From NCBI GenBank assembly GCA_038245785.1, contig JBBRSB010000022.1, forward strand, positions 20,632 to 84,631: DNA of 64,000 nucleotides, in the 5' to 3' direction. Positions 49,318 to 60,911 of this stretch are shown here, piece after piece. The DNA is from Gloeobacterales cyanobacterium. GTDB taxonomy: Bacteria; Cyanobacteriota; Cyanobacteriia; Gloeobacterales; PMM-0068. The notes under the pieces were generated by a model. It was not told the origin of the DNA, searched no databases, and worked only from the letters and a program-made list of their open reading frames with translations. The position numbers and the translations under genes are program-made. The number at the start of each line of letters is the position of its first letter. Positions within the stretch are counted from its first letter, which is position 1.

Positions 49318-50256
49318 ATGAACATCAATATTTTAATGGCAACTTATAACGGAGAGAAATATCTAGCAGAGCAGTTAGAAAGCTTGCAAGCACAAACCTA
49401 TCAAGATTGGACCTTGCACGTTAGAGATGATGGCTCTCAAGACAATACTTTAGATATACTCCATCGCCATGCTACGCAGGATAGTCGTATCTCCATTTTA
49501 GATAACAATGGAGAGCATCTTGGCTCTTGTGGTAGTTTTTCTTTCTTGATGGAGCAAAGTCTAGACGCTGAATACGTTATGTTCTGTGACCAGGATGATG
49601 TATGGATGCCTAACAAAATCCAGCTAACCCTTGAAGCTATGCTCGATTTAGAAGCAAAATACGGCAATATACCTCTTATGATCTACACCGATCTACAGGT
49701 CGTAGATGATCAGTTGAATACCATTGCTAATTCTTTTCTAGCCTATCAATCGATTGATCCCAAAAGGAATAATCTCCATGATATTTTAGTTACCAATCCT
49801 GTAGCAGGTTGCACTGCTCTGCTCAACAGAGTCCTAGTAAAATTAGCTGCTCCTATACCTACTGAGGCCCTTGGCCATGATTGCTGGTGCTCCCTGGTAG
49901 CCAGTGCTTTTGGCAAACTGGAACATTTAAGCAAACCGCTTATATACTATCGGCAGCATGGCAGAAATGATGTCGGGGCTTATAGTTTCAACTTTCGCTA
50001 TATTGTCAAGAGAACACTGTCAATTATCGACCTAAGTGGCAATGAACTTAGAGCTACTATGATTCGCTCGATCATACAAGCAAAAAGTTTTTTGTCTCGC
50101 TATTCTGGCAAGTTAGATGTTGATTCGCTCCATATCATTCAAATGTATACCTCTCTCTTAGAAGATACATTCTGGGAGAGAAGAATAAAGATCATTAAGT
50201 ATAAATTTTTCCGGCATGGCCTAGTGAGGAATCTTGGGCTGATGTTGAGAGCTTAA
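49318..50256 (+). CDS. GT2 glycosyltransferase (rhamnosyltransferase-like)
   Basis: ILMATYNGEKY, RDDGS, FCDQDDVW, HD.W, YRQH. Confidence 0.9.
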   Translation: MNINILMATYNGEKYLAEQLESLQAQTYQDWTLHVRDDGSQDNTLDILHRHATQDSRISILDNNGEHLGSCGSFSFLMEQSLDAEYVMFCDQDDVWMPNKIQLTLEAMLDLEAKYGNIPLMIYTDLQVVDDQLNTIANSFLAYQSIDPKRNNLHDILVTNPVAGCTALLNRVLVKLAAPIPTEALGHDCWCSLVASAFGKLEHLSKPLIYYRQHGRNDVGAYSFNFRYIVKRTLSIIDLSGNELRATMIRSIIQAKSFLSRYSGKLDVDSLHIIQMYTSLLEDTFWERRIKIIKYKFFRHGLVRNLGLMLRA

Positions 50257-50373
50257 GTCTTTGCAGCACCATGAAAAAGTCGTGTTGTGCAAATCATATT
50301 TACTGACCACGGATAATGCTTATTTGTCAAAAATACCTGTCCTGTAGTGTATCTCTGAAGAGTTAGATCGCTG

Positions 50374-51615
50374 ATGAATAAACTTCGCAATCCTTCGAGC
50401 CTTATACGAAGTTTCTGGGCTTTATCTGATCAAGGGATCGTTAGCTTAGGAAACTTTTTCACCACTATTCTCCTCGCTCGGGCGTTACCCCAAGCAGAAT
50501 ATGCCATATACGCCCTTACCCTTGGGATTTTGCTCAGTGCCAACAGTTTGCATGCTGCACTGATCACTTATCCACTCTCGGTGAAAGGAGCGGCAATCGA
50601 TAAAGAGGTTCTCAAGCGCTTTACAGGAGGGTCTTTAGTACTCACTACCGGGCTGGTCCTCGCGCTCAACCTTGCCCTATTTGCAGCCCTATCAGTCCTA
50701 GGCAGGCCGCAGCTGGCTCCTTGGGTATTTGGGGTTTCTCTCTTCTGGCAGCTTCAAGAAACTCTCCGGCGGGCGTTAATATCTCAGTTGCGCCACAACG
50801 AAGTCGTATGGGGAGACGGGATCAGCTATCTGGGTCAAGCCGTGATGGTCTGGCTGTTGACTCAAGGGAAATGGTTATCTTTAGATACAGTTTTTGTGGC
50901 CATGATGCTTACTTCTGCCGCTGCTGCTGCGGTACAAGCGATACAACTAGGTATCAAATCCATGAATTTTGCAGAACTAAGGGTTCTGATTAAAGATTTT
51001 TGGAGTTTCGGGCGCTGGATATTACTAACTAATTTGTTGGGTTCCTTGTCGATACAAGTCTTTCCCTGGTCTTTAAAGTTTTTTCATGGACTCCAAGCTA
51101 CAGCTTCCTTTCAGGTGGTCGCTAACGTTTTAGGGGTTTCCCATCCCGTTCTATTCAGTTTAGGAAGTCTGATCATGCCTGCTGTCGTGCAAGCCCATCT
51201 CAAGGGGAATATGCAGGATGTTTGGAAAGCAACCTGGAAGTATGCGTTTCTAGGGGGAGCTCTGGTACTACCCTACTATGCTGTGCTGTTTTGCTGGCCA
51301 AGAGAGATGCTTACCGCCTTTTATGGCTCAAACTCTCCCTACCTAAACCTGGGTCTAGAAACACCATTGCGTATCTATGTTCTGTCTTATGCCCTCATGT
51401 ATTTTTCATTAGTATTACAGGCTTTGCTCTATGGCCTTGAGGACAGCCGAGCTGTTTCATCGGTCCAAGTCATAAGTACTGTTACTAGTATCATTTTGGG
51501 CATTCCTTTAGTTCTGTACAATGGGGTTTTAGGAGCTGCTTTAGGAACTGTTTGCATTAGTATAAGCAGTCTTATCAGTTTTAGTTTATTGATACGAAGA
51601 AAGAGTTTGGCTTAA
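50374..51615 (+). CDS. Wzx-like polysaccharide flippase
   Basis: WALSDQGIVSLGNF...LARAL; multi-TM; EPS cluster context. Confidence 0.75.
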   Translation: MNKLRNPSSLIRSFWALSDQGIVSLGNFFTTILLARALPQAEYAIYALTLGILLSANSLHAALITYPLSVKGAAIDKEVLKRFTGGSLVLTTGLVLALNLALFAALSVLGRPQLAPWVFGVSLFWQLQETLRRALISQLRHNEVVWGDGISYLGQAVMVWLLTQGKWLSLDTVFVAMMLTSAAAAAVQAIQLGIKSMNFAELRVLIKDFWSFGRWILLTNLLGSLSIQVFPWSLKFFHGLQATASFQVVANVLGVSHPVLFSLGSLIMPAVVQAHLKGNMQDVWKATWKYAFLGGALVLPYYAVLFCWPREMLTAFYGSNSPYLNLGLETPLRIYVLSYALMYFSLVLQALLYGLEDSRAVSSVQVISTVTSIILGIPLVLYNGVLGAALGTVCISISSLISFSLLIRRKSLA

Positions 51616-51701
51616 ATCCTACAAAGTATTAATGAAATTACGAATAGCAGGAACAAGATAAATTTTCTTTGTGTCAAAAGGTTAGAAAGGTAAAACTCTG
51701 A

Positions 51702-52841
51702 ATGCGCATAGCTCTTTTTGACTATAGAGTTATTCCAACCAATCCGACAGGGGGGTGCAATCTCCGCATTGCAAAGGGACTTTCTGACAGCCATGAACTT
51801 ACTGTTTTCGCTGTAGAATTTGAGAATCCTGCTCCTGGCCGAATTCGTTGGGTGCGCATTCCCGCTCCCATTCGCCCGTTAGCCTTACTTTTTGTTGTCT
51901 ATTACGTCTTGGCTCCTTTGTACTATTGGATGCACTGTCTCCGTAACCAGGCGCATTTTGATGCCGTACTTATGGTTGAGAGCAAGATCGCTTTTGGTGA
52001 TATTTCCTATGCACACTTCTGCCATCGGGCTTATCTAAAAAATCATTGGCAGCAGTCAAAACTTGGAGGGGCACGCGGTTGGCTCCGATGGTTGGATTAC
52101 AATCTCCACGCATTCTTTGAGCCTTGGACTTATCGTAGGGTCAAATCAATCATTGTCCCTTCCCAGGGACTGGCACGAGAACTACAAGAGGAATATCCCT
52201 ATACCAGAGGCAAAATACACGTTTTGCCCAATCCTGTTGATATCGATCGTATGCGTCCGCCCGAAAAGGCTCGAGAATATTTTCGCCAAGAATTTGGCAT
52301 TCACGAAGAAGATTTATTTTTGGTATTTACCGCTTTGGGACAATTTGAGCGTAAGGGGCTCCCCTTGCTGCTTGAAGCTTTAACTCAATTGAAAAATCCC
52401 CGCTTAAAGCTTTTTGTGGTAGGAGGAGAAGCTGACCTAGTATCCCTATACAAAGAACGTATCCAGCAAATGGGACTAGAAAAACAAGTAACTCTTGTGG
52501 GTATGCAAAAAGATGTGAGGCCCTACCTCTGGGCTGCGGATTGCTTTGTATTGCCTTCATACTATGAAGTGTTTCCCTTGGTGGTGCTAGAAGCAGCAGC
52601 GGCTGGACTACTTGTAGTTTCAACACCCCTCAATGGAGTTGAAGAGTTCTTAAAGGATGGCGAGAATGGCATCCTTGTGGAGCGCACCGCTACCGATGTC
52701 GCTCGGGGAATCAGCAGTATTCTTGCGATGACACCACCCATACGCCAAAGTATTCAAAATCAACTGCAGCACGATATAAAAAATTATTCCACAGAGAACT
52801 TTGTAGCTACTTGGTCAAAATTCTTTGAAGGTGGCACCTAA
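51702..52841 (+). CDS. GT4 glycosyltransferase
   Basis: PNPVD, RKG, VLPSYYEVFPLVVLEA. Confidence 0.88.
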   Translation: MRIALFDYRVIPTNPTGGCNLRIAKGLSDSHELTVFAVEFENPAPGRIRWVRIPAPIRPLALLFVVYYVLAPLYYWMHCLRNQAHFDAVLMVESKIAFGDISYAHFCHRAYLKNHWQQSKLGGARGWLRWLDYNLHAFFEPWTYRRVKSIIVPSQGLARELQEEYPYTRGKIHVLPNPVDIDRMRPPEKAREYFRQEFGIHEEDLFLVFTALGQFERKGLPLLLEALTQLKNPRLKLFVVGGEADLVSLYKERIQQMGLEKQVTLVGMQKDVRPYLWAADCFVLPSYYEVFPLVVLEAAAAGLLVVSTPLNGVEEFLKDGENGILVERTATDVARGISSILAMTPPIRQSIQNQLQHDIKNYSTENFVATWSKFFEGGT

Positions 52842-52844
52842 ACT

Positions 52845-54224
52845 ATGGAACAAGCATTTCTGGTTGCAAAAGTCCTATTTTGGATACTCGCGCTTGGAGT
52901 AGTTGTTCTACCCAAAAGATGGGCGTTGTTGAGCTATCTGGTGGTCATGCACATTGACCTCTCGGGACCCTTATTTGCCTCTTCTTCGTCCGTAGGTTTA
53001 GAAAATCTACTCAAAGTTATCGGACTACCCCTTATCTTATTAATTCGGACCCAATTCAAACCTTTAACAAATACCAAGATAACCTGGGCCTTTATTCTTT
53101 GGAGCATATTGATCTTATATGCTACTTTAACAACCTTTTGGAGTCCGTTTCTACTGTCTGGCATTAAGATGGTTTTCTATCTTTATGCCTATCTTTTTAT
53201 CTTCTTAATTTTTGTTCACGGTTGGTCAGAAGGTTGGATAGATGATTCACTTGTAGTTATGAGCTTATGGCTCGTTTTGGGTTTAGCCATACTGCAGACC
53301 TATATCCTGGGTAATCCTTTTGGTGCATTCAAAATTGTTAAAGAATTTCGATTTACTTCCTTTACCCATGCGCAAGGATTTGCAGGTTATCTAATCGCAG
53401 TTTTAGCCATTATTCTATTTTCTGGGCGCACAAGTTTTCTCAAGGCAGCCAGTATAGGAGCCATTTTGATCGGGATCATCCTGACAGGGAGTCGCTATGT
53501 TTTCTTTGGAATGGTCTTTCTGTTTTTCTTTGCTTGGCTCAGTCTCTTTTTCAAAAAGAATAGTTCACGACCACAGAATCGTTTACTGGACTTGACGAAG
53601 AAGTTTTTAGCGCCAGCCTGCGTAGTGACGGCTCTACTCGCTATAGCTAACTTTGCTCCCGACAATCGATTGAGCCAGCTTGCAGAATCGAACAATGGTG
53701 GCAGTGAAAAAGGAGTAGGTACCTTTATCTGGCGTCTTGGAATCTATGAAAGAGCTTTGACTACAATGCCTGACCGAGATATCTTCCCCTTGATCTTTGG
53801 TTCGGGAACAAGTAGTGGCGCCCAATTAGTCTTGGGTTATGATTCTCGCTATAGTGAGGAAGGAATAGATGCCAATCGAGTGGTTCATAGTGACTTCATC
53901 CGTACTTTCTATGAATGGGGATTACTCGGTGGTTTTATCTTTCTTAGCTTTCTGGGAGCTAGCTTAGTTAGTTATCTCAACTTGGCCATAGTGAAAAAAT
54001 CTACCACTGCGCTAGCTTTCATCGGACTTTTCCCAAATCTATTATTTGGTCTTGCTATAGAGAACATCCTTACGGCGTCCAGTTCACCAGATGGCATAGG
54101 GATAGTCTTAGTTATGGCCTATGGGGCTGCTACAAGAAAGAATGGTGAGGAGAATGCGATAATCTTTAAGAGCAAAAACAAGGCCCCTCGGCTCAGCAGT
54201 GAACTCCTTGGGAACGGAAGATGA
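52845..54224 (+). CDS. Wzy/O-antigen ligase-family membrane protein
   Basis: Multi-TM, LTGSR, WRLGIY, FGSG, VHSDFIRTFYEWG. Confidence 0.75.
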   Translation: MEQAFLVAKVLFWILALGVVVLPKRWALLSYLVVMHIDLSGPLFASSSSVGLENLLKVIGLPLILLIRTQFKPLTNTKITWAFILWSILILYATLTTFWSPFLLSGIKMVFYLYAYLFIFLIFVHGWSEGWIDDSLVVMSLWLVLGLAILQTYILGNPFGAFKIVKEFRFTSFTHAQGFAGYLIAVLAIILFSGRTSFLKAASIGAILIGIILTGSRYVFFGMVFLFFFAWLSLFFKKNSSRPQNRLLDLTKKFLAPACVVTALLAIANFAPDNRLSQLAESNNGGSEKGVGTFIWRLGIYERALTTMPDRDIFPLIFGSGTSSGAQLVLGYDSRYSEEGIDANRVVHSDFIRTFYEWGLLGGFIFLSFLGASLVSYLNLAIVKKSTTALAFIGLFPNLLFGLAIENILTASSSPDGIGIVLVMAYGAATRKNGEENAIIFKSKNKAPRLSSELLGNGR

Positions 54225-55594
54225 GTCTATATCAAAAAGCTTATTACCAAGCCTTTATTATTTCATTATTGATCTGCTGGTCCCCTATCAAGATTCTCGC
54301 ATATACGGCCCCTTTTGTTGCTCTAGGCTGGTTCATTCTAATGACTAAAAGCAGCATAGTTCTGCGCAATTTTCTGATTTGGATATTTTTGTTTTCTTCT
54401 ATTATCAGTCTGCACGTTATTTTCAACTTCAATTTCGTTCTTTTTAGTGCATTACTATCAATATTGACCTACAGCTCTTTTGGTTTCATTTTTGCAATAC
54501 CTAGTCACTATTTAGCAGGACCAGACTTACTGAGAAGCATGTTGCGCACTATCCAGTGGGTTGTTCTTTTTGAAGGTGCTTTAGGAATCTTGCAAGCGAT
54601 CTATGGTTTTACAATCAATAAGAGTTTTGATGCAGGCAATGGGGACTTTGTACAAGGGACTATCAATCTTAGCTTTCAGACAGGTCTTGCCTTCTCTAAC
54701 CCTATGTATGCGGTCAATATGACCCTGCTGGTGCTGGGACTGTTTACCTACTTTATCCTGGCAAGGAAAGGGTTTCTTTCCTTTTTCATAGGCTGCATAG
54801 CTCTAATTGTTGCTTCTGTAGTACATGTTTTAGTCTTCCTGTTTACTGCTATTCTTTTATCCTTACTTATCTTTAGACCTGCCATACTTAAAAGCACTGC
54901 TAGTTTAGTAATTATTAGCACTTTGCTAGTTATAGTTCCGACTCTTTCTTTTATCGTTCTCTACTCCAACTTTCAGTCTTTCTCTGCAATCTATGAAGGA
55001 GCAGCGCGAGGCGATTCTCCCCGCGTTCAAATAACGGAGCGAACATTCGCTACCATGCCCACCCAGTATCCTTTAATGCCCTACATTGGCCTGGGACCAG
55101 GCCAATTTTCTAGTAGAGCAGCTCTGATTGGCACAGGGCTCTACTTTGGAGGACCAAGCGATCCTACGCCTCTGCCCTTACCCAAGGCAATGCCCAATGC
55201 TCTAGAAAAATATCTATTAGATCTTTGGTTGATAGCAGCATCCAACAAATTCTATGGTTCTACACAGCAACCTTTCTATTCTTGGTTGAGTGTCTACACG
55301 GAGATGGGAGCACCCATTTTTCTAATAGTTCCCGTGATCGGTTTAGCACTGATACTCAAAGTAAAGTCAAAAGTCGAAAACTATCAACAGGAAGTTATGG
55401 CCATCACTTTTAGTATTGGCATTATCTTTATCTTTCTGCTCGGATTACAAGAAAACTATTGGGAAGTTCCACAGGCAATATTCTTGGGCTGTATGCTATT
55501 GAAAGTTATGTATGCCTGTATCATTCATGCTAAGGCAATCCCTAGGGTTCGTCCTGTTGCTAAGATAAGAGAAATGGAAGCAGTTAAATATTAA
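54221..55594 (+). CDS. second Wzy-like polytopic membrane protein
   Basis: Multi-TM, GLGPGQF, SVYTEMG; ATGA overlap with the upstream gene. Confidence 0.55.
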   Translation: MSLYQKAYYQAFIISLLICWSPIKILAYTAPFVALGWFILMTKSSIVLRNFLIWIFLFSSIISLHVIFNFNFVLFSALLSILTYSSFGFIFAIPSHYLAGPDLLRSMLRTIQWVVLFEGALGILQAIYGFTINKSFDAGNGDFVQGTINLSFQTGLAFSNPMYAVNMTLLVLGLFTYFILARKGFLSFFIGCIALIVASVVHVLVFLFTAILLSLLIFRPAILKSTASLVIISTLLVIVPTLSFIVLYSNFQSFSAIYEGAARGDSPRVQITERTFATMPTQYPLMPYIGLGPGQFSSRAALIGTGLYFGGPSDPTPLPLPKAMPNALEKYLLDLWLIAASNKFYGSTQQPFYSWLSVYTEMGAPIFLIVPVIGLALILKVKSKVENYQQEVMAITFSIGIIFIFLLGLQENYWEVPQAIFLGCMLLKVMYACIIHAKAIPRVRPVAKIREMEAVKY

Positions 55595-55671
55595 ATTATG
55601 CATATACTTTATGTCATCAAAAACTAGAGACCAAGCCATTTTTCCATTATCAATTCTTTGGAGATGACGCT

Positions 55672-56835
55672 ATGAAGGTTCTCTCTGTACACAACCATTA
55701 TCAGCAATTTGGAGGTGAAGATAAAGTCTTTGCCAATGAAACAGAACTCTTGGAAGCGCATGGAGATCAGGTAATTCGTTTTACGATCAGCAATGATCAA
55801 GCATCAGATTCAAGCCCCATTGACTTAGCAAAAGCGACTATATGGAATGCGGATATCTATCAAGAGCTGCGCAGTATAATCCGCAAAGAGCGACCACAAG
55901 TAGCACATTTCTACAATACTTTTCTGCTTATTTCTCCTGCGGCTTACCACGCAGCTAAAGCGGAGGGAATACCTGTAGTTCAATCTCTCCAGAATTATCG
56001 TCTGCTTTGCCCCAATAAGGGTCTGCTTTTCCGAGAGAACAAAATTTGCGAAGAGTGTGTTGGCAAGTTTTTTCCTTGGCCAGGGGTCGTTCATGGTTGT
56101 TATCGTGACAGCAGACCCCAAACGGCAGTCATCGCTGCCATGCTCACGTTCCATCGGGCCTTGCAGACCTACCAAAATAAGATTGATATTTTTATGCCTA
56201 CCATAGATTTTGTGGGAGAGAAACATGTGGAAGGAGGCTTCCCTGCTGAGAAAATGATGGTAAAACCAAATTTCCTCGATCCAGATCCTGGCGCAGGGGC
56301 TGGAGAAGGAGACTTCGTTCTTTATGTGGGCCGCCTGACTGAAGAGAAGGGGATTCTCACCCTTTTAAAAGCTTGGGAAACACTGGGGTCGCATATTCCT
56401 TTGAAGCTCATTGGCAGTGGTCCTTTAACTGAGTATACAGAGCAGGCAGCCAGACGGAATCCTGGCGTAGAGTACTTAGGATTTAAACCGATGGAGGAAA
56501 TCTATGAACTCATGGGAAAAGCCCGTGCGTTGGTCTGTCCTTCGGAATGGTATGAACCTTTCGGTCTTGTAGTTATAGAAGCTTATGCCAAAGGAACCCC
56601 CGTTATTGCCGGTAAAGAGGGGTCTCTAAAAACTCTTGTAGAGCATCAGCGTACTGGGCTACATTTTGCTCCAGGACAGGCTGATAAACTGGTGAAAGCG
56701 GTGGAGTGGATGTTAGCCCACCCTCAAGAGTGGCAACAGATGCGAAAAGCAGTGCGGGCAGAATTTGAACAGAAGTACACGGCTGAGCAGAATTATCAAA
56801 GGCTTATCCATATCTACAAAACCGCCATTGGCTAG
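55672..56835 (+). CDS. GT4 glycosyltransferase with Cys-rich insert
   Basis: VHNHYQQFGGED, NYRLLCP...CEEC, VGRLTEEKG, PSEWYEPFG. Confidence 0.9.
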   Translation: MKVLSVHNHYQQFGGEDKVFANETELLEAHGDQVIRFTISNDQASDSSPIDLAKATIWNADIYQELRSIIRKERPQVAHFYNTFLLISPAAYHAAKAEGIPVVQSLQNYRLLCPNKGLLFRENKICEECVGKFFPWPGVVHGCYRDSRPQTAVIAAMLTFHRALQTYQNKIDIFMPTIDFVGEKHVEGGFPAEKMMVKPNFLDPDPGAGAGEGDFVLYVGRLTEEKGILTLLKAWETLGSHIPLKLIGSGPLTEYTEQAARRNPGVEYLGFKPMEEIYELMGKARALVCPSEWYEPFGLVVIEAYAKGTPVIAGKEGSLKTLVEHQRTGLHFAPGQADKLVKAVEWMLAHPQEWQQMRKAVRAEFEQKYTAEQNYQRLIHIYKTAIG

Positions 56836-56946
56836 GATAGATAAAGTGGAACTTTCTTTTTTATCCAGGGTCTATCAAAATAGCAACGAAAAATTGCATA
56901 GCGCTTTGGCGAACAATTTTTCAGTGAGCAATCCTAGTAAAACACT

Positions 56947-57756
56947 ATGTCCATAAAACCATCAGTTCAAGTCAATACTATGCAAAAGACTGCCATGAGC
57001 TCCCAACTGGAACACCGTTCTATTCTGAAGATGCGTGTAGATGCTACAAGCTACTTTGACGCCACAGAAAGAATTATCTCTTGGGCTAAAGATGGCCAGT
57101 CAGAGTATGTTTGCGTGGCGAATGTCCATATGGCGATGGAAGTATACGATGACCCAAACTTTGCTCAATTGGTCAACGAAGCAGCCTTAGTCACTCCCGA
57201 CGGTATGCCTCTTGTGTGGGGACTACGTGCGTTTGGTTTGCAACAAGCTTCCAGGGTTTATGGACCAACCTTAACCTTACATGTGTGCGAAGCAGCTGCG
57301 AAACAGGGGGTTCCTGTGGGCTTGTACGGAGGGACTCCAGAAAGTTTGGTGGCCTTCACCCAATTTCTGCACGATCGATTTCCAGGCATCCAAGTAGTTT
57401 GTCAAATTTCTCCACCTTTTAGGCCTTTATCAGCAATAGAAGACGCTACCTATACCCAACAAATTGTAGAATCTGGAGCACATATCCTGCTGGTGGGAAT
57501 TGGTTGTCCAAAGCAGGAACGTTGGATGGCGGACCATTGGAAACAGATTCCAGCGGTCATGTTAGGGGTGGGCGCTGCTTTCGATTTTCACTCGGGACGG
57601 GTAAAGCAATCTCCTTCATGGTTACAAAAGGTAGGTTTAGAGTGGGCTTTTCGACTATTTATGGAACCCAATCGACTCTGGAAGCGCTACTTTAAGCATA
57701 ATCCGCGATTCGTAGTCTTTTTTGCTCAGCAGTATTTAGGGTTGCGCAAATTTTAG
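56947..57756 (+). CDS. WecB/TagA/CpsF glycosyltransferase
   Basis: ANVH, PDGMPLVW, RVYGP, GIGCPKQE, GVGAAFDF, GLEWAFRL; start may be a downstream Met. Confidence 0.92.
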   Translation: MSIKPSVQVNTMQKTAMSSQLEHRSILKMRVDATSYFDATERIISWAKDGQSEYVCVANVHMAMEVYDDPNFAQLVNEAALVTPDGMPLVWGLRAFGLQQASRVYGPTLTLHVCEAAAKQGVPVGLYGGTPESLVAFTQFLHDRFPGIQVVCQISPPFRPLSAIEDATYTQQIVESGAHILLVGIGCPKQERWMADHWKQIPAVMLGVGAAFDFHSGRVKQSPSWLQKVGLEWAFRLFMEPNRLWKRYFKHNPRFVVFFAQQYLGLRKF

Positions 57757-57971
57757 ACTTGTAGAATTCCCAACAATTGCGAGATATCACTGACTACCGG
57801 ACATCCATAAAGATCTATAATGCGTAGACGAATTGATTTTGCCTCTGAGACTTGGTTTTAAATAGTTTCGCCTTAGGCTATGCTATTTTTCTCACTGTTC
57901 TTTTCATAATTTCTCTTGGGTGTTAGTTAAATAGACGCAATCCATGACAACACTATTGAGCAACTTTAATT

Positions 57972-59198
57972 ATGAAAAAACGACTGCTTGTACTCTCTCC
58001 CTATGCAGTTTTTCCACCCCAGTACGGTGGTCCAATGAGAGTTTACAACCTTTTTCATCACGTATCTCAAGACTATCAGGTCACCCAATTTTCGCAGCAG
58101 GTACAGAGGGATAAAATAAGATTGTCTTTGACACCTGAAATTGAGCAAATAACACCAAGCTATCAAGAATATAGTTCCCGCAACCCGCTCAATCTTTTAC
58201 TTTATGCCCTAACAAGTTTGAAATGGAATTGTCCACCTATATGGCAAAGTAAAGCACTCCAGCTTTCTGCCCCCCGATGGCTTCATGAGCAGATCCATCT
58301 TGCTGACTTTGTTCACGTAGAAAGTCCATGGCAATTCGAGTGGGCCTATCAACAAGTCGGGAAAAAGAAACCAATATTCTTCACTGCTCAGAATGTTGAA
58401 GTTGACCTTTATTCTACAGACCAAATCGCGGCACCGACTCCTATTGCGAATTCGATCATGCAAGAACTCAAACGACTGGAACATTTTGCTGTGAATCATG
58501 CTTCCCTTATTCTGACAATGTCTGGTGATGATTCTGCTCGACTGAGTGAATACTATGGAATCTCTCCTGATAAATGTGTCGTAATTGCCAACGGCACGGA
58601 TACTACTGAGTTCCTACCCGCAGCGCCTGCGCTTAAAGAGAAGCGCAAGAAAGAATTTGGGCTTACCGGAAAAAAAGTAGTGGCATTTTCTGGTTCAATG
58701 CACCGTCCAAATATTGAAGCTGTAGAAAAAATTGTAGAGTGGGCACAAGACTGGCCTGATCAAGACATTTGCTTCCTTATTATCGGAAAGGTGAGTCGCC
58801 TTTTCACCCATGTGCAACATCCCAATATCAAGTTTACAGGAGGCGTAGAACAGGTACGCCCCTATCTGGAAGCCACTGATATAGCCATTAACCCCATGCT
58901 TTCCGGTAGTGGTACAAACCTTAAACAACTTGAATTCATGGCCATGGGTCTGCCAACCTTAGCAACGGCTATAGGAGGCCGTGGGATACCGATAGAGGAT
59001 GGAATCCATGGTTATATCCGCACGTTAGAAGAGTTCCCTGTTTTCTTGCGTTCCATGCTCGACAATTTAGAATGCCATGAATCTATTGGAATCCAAGGTC
59101 GTACGCTGATCGAAAAGCAATTTGCTTGGTCTGTAATTGGAGATCAGCTGCTAAAAGCTTACGAAAAGCTAGAGACACACATACCTGCTAAAAGCTAG
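57972..59198 (+). CDS. GT4 glycosyltransferase
   Basis: [34 protein letters not shown]. Confidence 0.85.
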   Translation: MKKRLLVLSPYAVFPPQYGGPMRVYNLFHHVSQDYQVTQFSQQVQRDKIRLSLTPEIEQITPSYQEYSSRNPLNLLLYALTSLKWNCPPIWQSKALQLSAPRWLHEQIHLADFVHVESPWQFEWAYQQVGKKKPIFFTAQNVEVDLYSTDQIAAPTPIANSIMQELKRLEHFAVNHASLILTMSGDDSARLSEYYGISPDKCVVIANGTDTTEFLPAAPALKEKRKKEFGLTGKKVVAFSGSMHRPNIEAVEKIVEWAQDWPDQDICFLIIGKVSRLFTHVQHPNIKFTGGVEQVRPYLEATDIAINPMLSGSGTNLKQLEFMAMGLPTLATAIGGRGIPIEDGIHGYIRTLEEFPVFLRSMLDNLECHESIGIQGRTLIEKQFAWSVIGDQLLKAYEKLETHIPAKS

Positions 59199-59986
59199 GA
59201 TTTAGGAAAGTCACGTTCTCGAACTTCTTCTCCCCAACGTAAAACGGCTTGTTGAATCTGGGTTCTGAGGTTGAGGTAATCAGGGGCAAAAGGGGGCCGT
59301 GTTTCGGTTAAGCCCAAAAAATCATGGGTAACTAGAACTTGGCCATCACAATCATGACCAGCTCCTATACCGATCGTTGGAATCGTCAACTTATCGGTAA
59401 TTTGTTTAGCCAATTCACTGGGGATATGCTCCAGTACTAGGGCAAAGGCTCCAGCTTGTTCCACCTTAAGGGCTTCTTCCAACAAGCGGTCCTGTTCCTC
59501 TATTTTCTTACCCCGTTGGCTGAAACTTCCTAATTGGTGAATAGATTGGGGGGTAAGGCCAAGGTGAGCCATCACCGGAATACCCGCTTGGGTCAATTTT
59601 GCAATTGTCAAAACCATGGCTTCCGACCCACCCTCCAACTTGACAGCTTGCATTCCCGCTTCTTTTAGAAAGCGTCCTGCCGTGTTCAAGGCTTGTTCTG
59701 GGGAGCTTTGATAGCTTAGAAAAGGCAAGTCTGCTACGAGAAACGCCCGTTCACTTCCGCGACGCACGGCTTTGCAGTGATGAAGCATCTCTTCCACTGT
59801 TACAGGCAAAGTAGAGTCGTACCCCAGCGCCACCATGCCTAAGCTATCTCCTACCATGAGAATGTCCACCCCTGCCTGGTCTAGAATGCGGCTGATGCTG
59901 TATTCACAAGCCGTAAGGACAACCAGCGGCATGCTCTGCTTTTTGGCTTTGCGGATATGGTTGAGGGTGATTCGGGTAGGCTGCAT
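59195..59986 (-). CDS. panB: 3-methyl-2-oxobutanoate hydroxymethyltransferase
   Basis: MVGDSLG, VADLPF.SY, VKLEGG, HLGLTPQ, IGIGAG..CDGQVLV. Confidence 0.95.
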   Translation of the reverse strand: MQPTRITLNHIRKAKKQSMPLVVLTACEYSISRILDQAGVDILMVGDSLGMVALGYDSTLPVTVEEMLHHCKAVRRGSERAFLVADLPFLSYQSSPEQALNTAGRFLKEAGMQAVKLEGGSEAMVLTIAKLTQAGIPVMAHLGLTPQSIHQLGSFSQRGKKIEEQDRLLEEALKVEQAGAFALVLEHIPSELAKQITDKLTIPTIGIGAGHDCDGQVLVTHDFLGLTETRPPFAPDYLNLRTQIQQAVLRWGEEVRERDFPKS

Positions 59987-60047
59987 ACTCTGGATCGTAC
60001 TACCGCGCGCGTGCCTCTAGCTAGCTAGAACATTTTTAGGACACCCC

Positions 60048-60911
60048 ATGGACCTCTTGCGGAGTTTACCGATTGGGCTTTATATCGAGAAGCCTCAAAC
60101 CTGGATCCATCGCTTAGACCCACGCACCAAACTCTTATGGGCAGTAGGTATTCTGCTCGTTTGCATTTTAGCGGAGTGGCCCTTTCGTTGGGCCATGGTT
60201 GGCGTATTTTTTCTAGCCAATCTCTTTAGTGGTTTACCCGCCCGATTGTTAATCAAGCAATGGGGTGGCTTGCTGTGGTTTAGCGCATTTGTTTTAGCTA
60301 GCGCTATTCTGGCTCCAGATGGTCTTTTGGTAGATCCCCAGCCGCGCAGTCCAGTAGTAATACCTAACCTTCCCCAGCCCACTGATTATCAATATGAACT
60401 GCTCAAGCTGGGTGTGTTTTCCATTACGCGTTACTCTATAGAATTTGGTTTACAGGTTACAGCCTCTTTGCTGCTTCTATTTGTCGGGTCTAACCTGCTT
60501 TTGACAACCACTGCTCCAGAAGAGTTAGCTCTGGGTGTAGAAAAGTTTCTTTCGCCCTTGAAGCGCTGGGGCTTCAATGTAGATGAAGTAGTCTTGACCC
60601 TAGCCTTAGCCCTGCGGTTTTTTCCTCTGGTCGTAGAAGAAGTCCAGAATTTAGTGCGCTCTGTGCGTACACGAGGGATTAATTGGAAGAGATTTTCCTA
60701 TGGCAAACAGGCTCGCTTCCTCCTGATGGTGAGTTCCACCCTTGTAGAAAACCTTTTCACACGCTCGGGACAGATCGCCCAAGCGATGTATACGCGAGGC
60801 TACACAGGCCCTAAAAATAGACTCGCTGGACGAACGCTTTCTTTCTCTTCGCAAGACTACTGGGCTTTTGGGGCCTTTGGCTTGTGCTTGGTGGGACGAT
60901 TTTTGATTTGA
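60048..60911 (+). CDS. ECF transporter transmembrane component T (CbiQ-like)
   Basis: HRLDPRTK, TTTAPEEL, LALRFFPLVVEE, AMYTRG. Confidence 0.85.
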   Translation: MDLLRSLPIGLYIEKPQTWIHRLDPRTKLLWAVGILLVCILAEWPFRWAMVGVFFLANLFSGLPARLLIKQWGGLLWFSAFVLASAILAPDGLLVDPQPRSPVVIPNLPQPTDYQYELLKLGVFSITRYSIEFGLQVTASLLLLFVGSNLLLTTTAPEELALGVEKFLSPLKRWGFNVDEVVLTLALALRFFPLVVEEVQNLVRSVRTRGINWKRFSYGKQARFLLMVSSTLVENLFTRSGQIAQAMYTRGYTGPKNRLAGRTLSFSSQDYWAFGAFGLCLVGRFLI

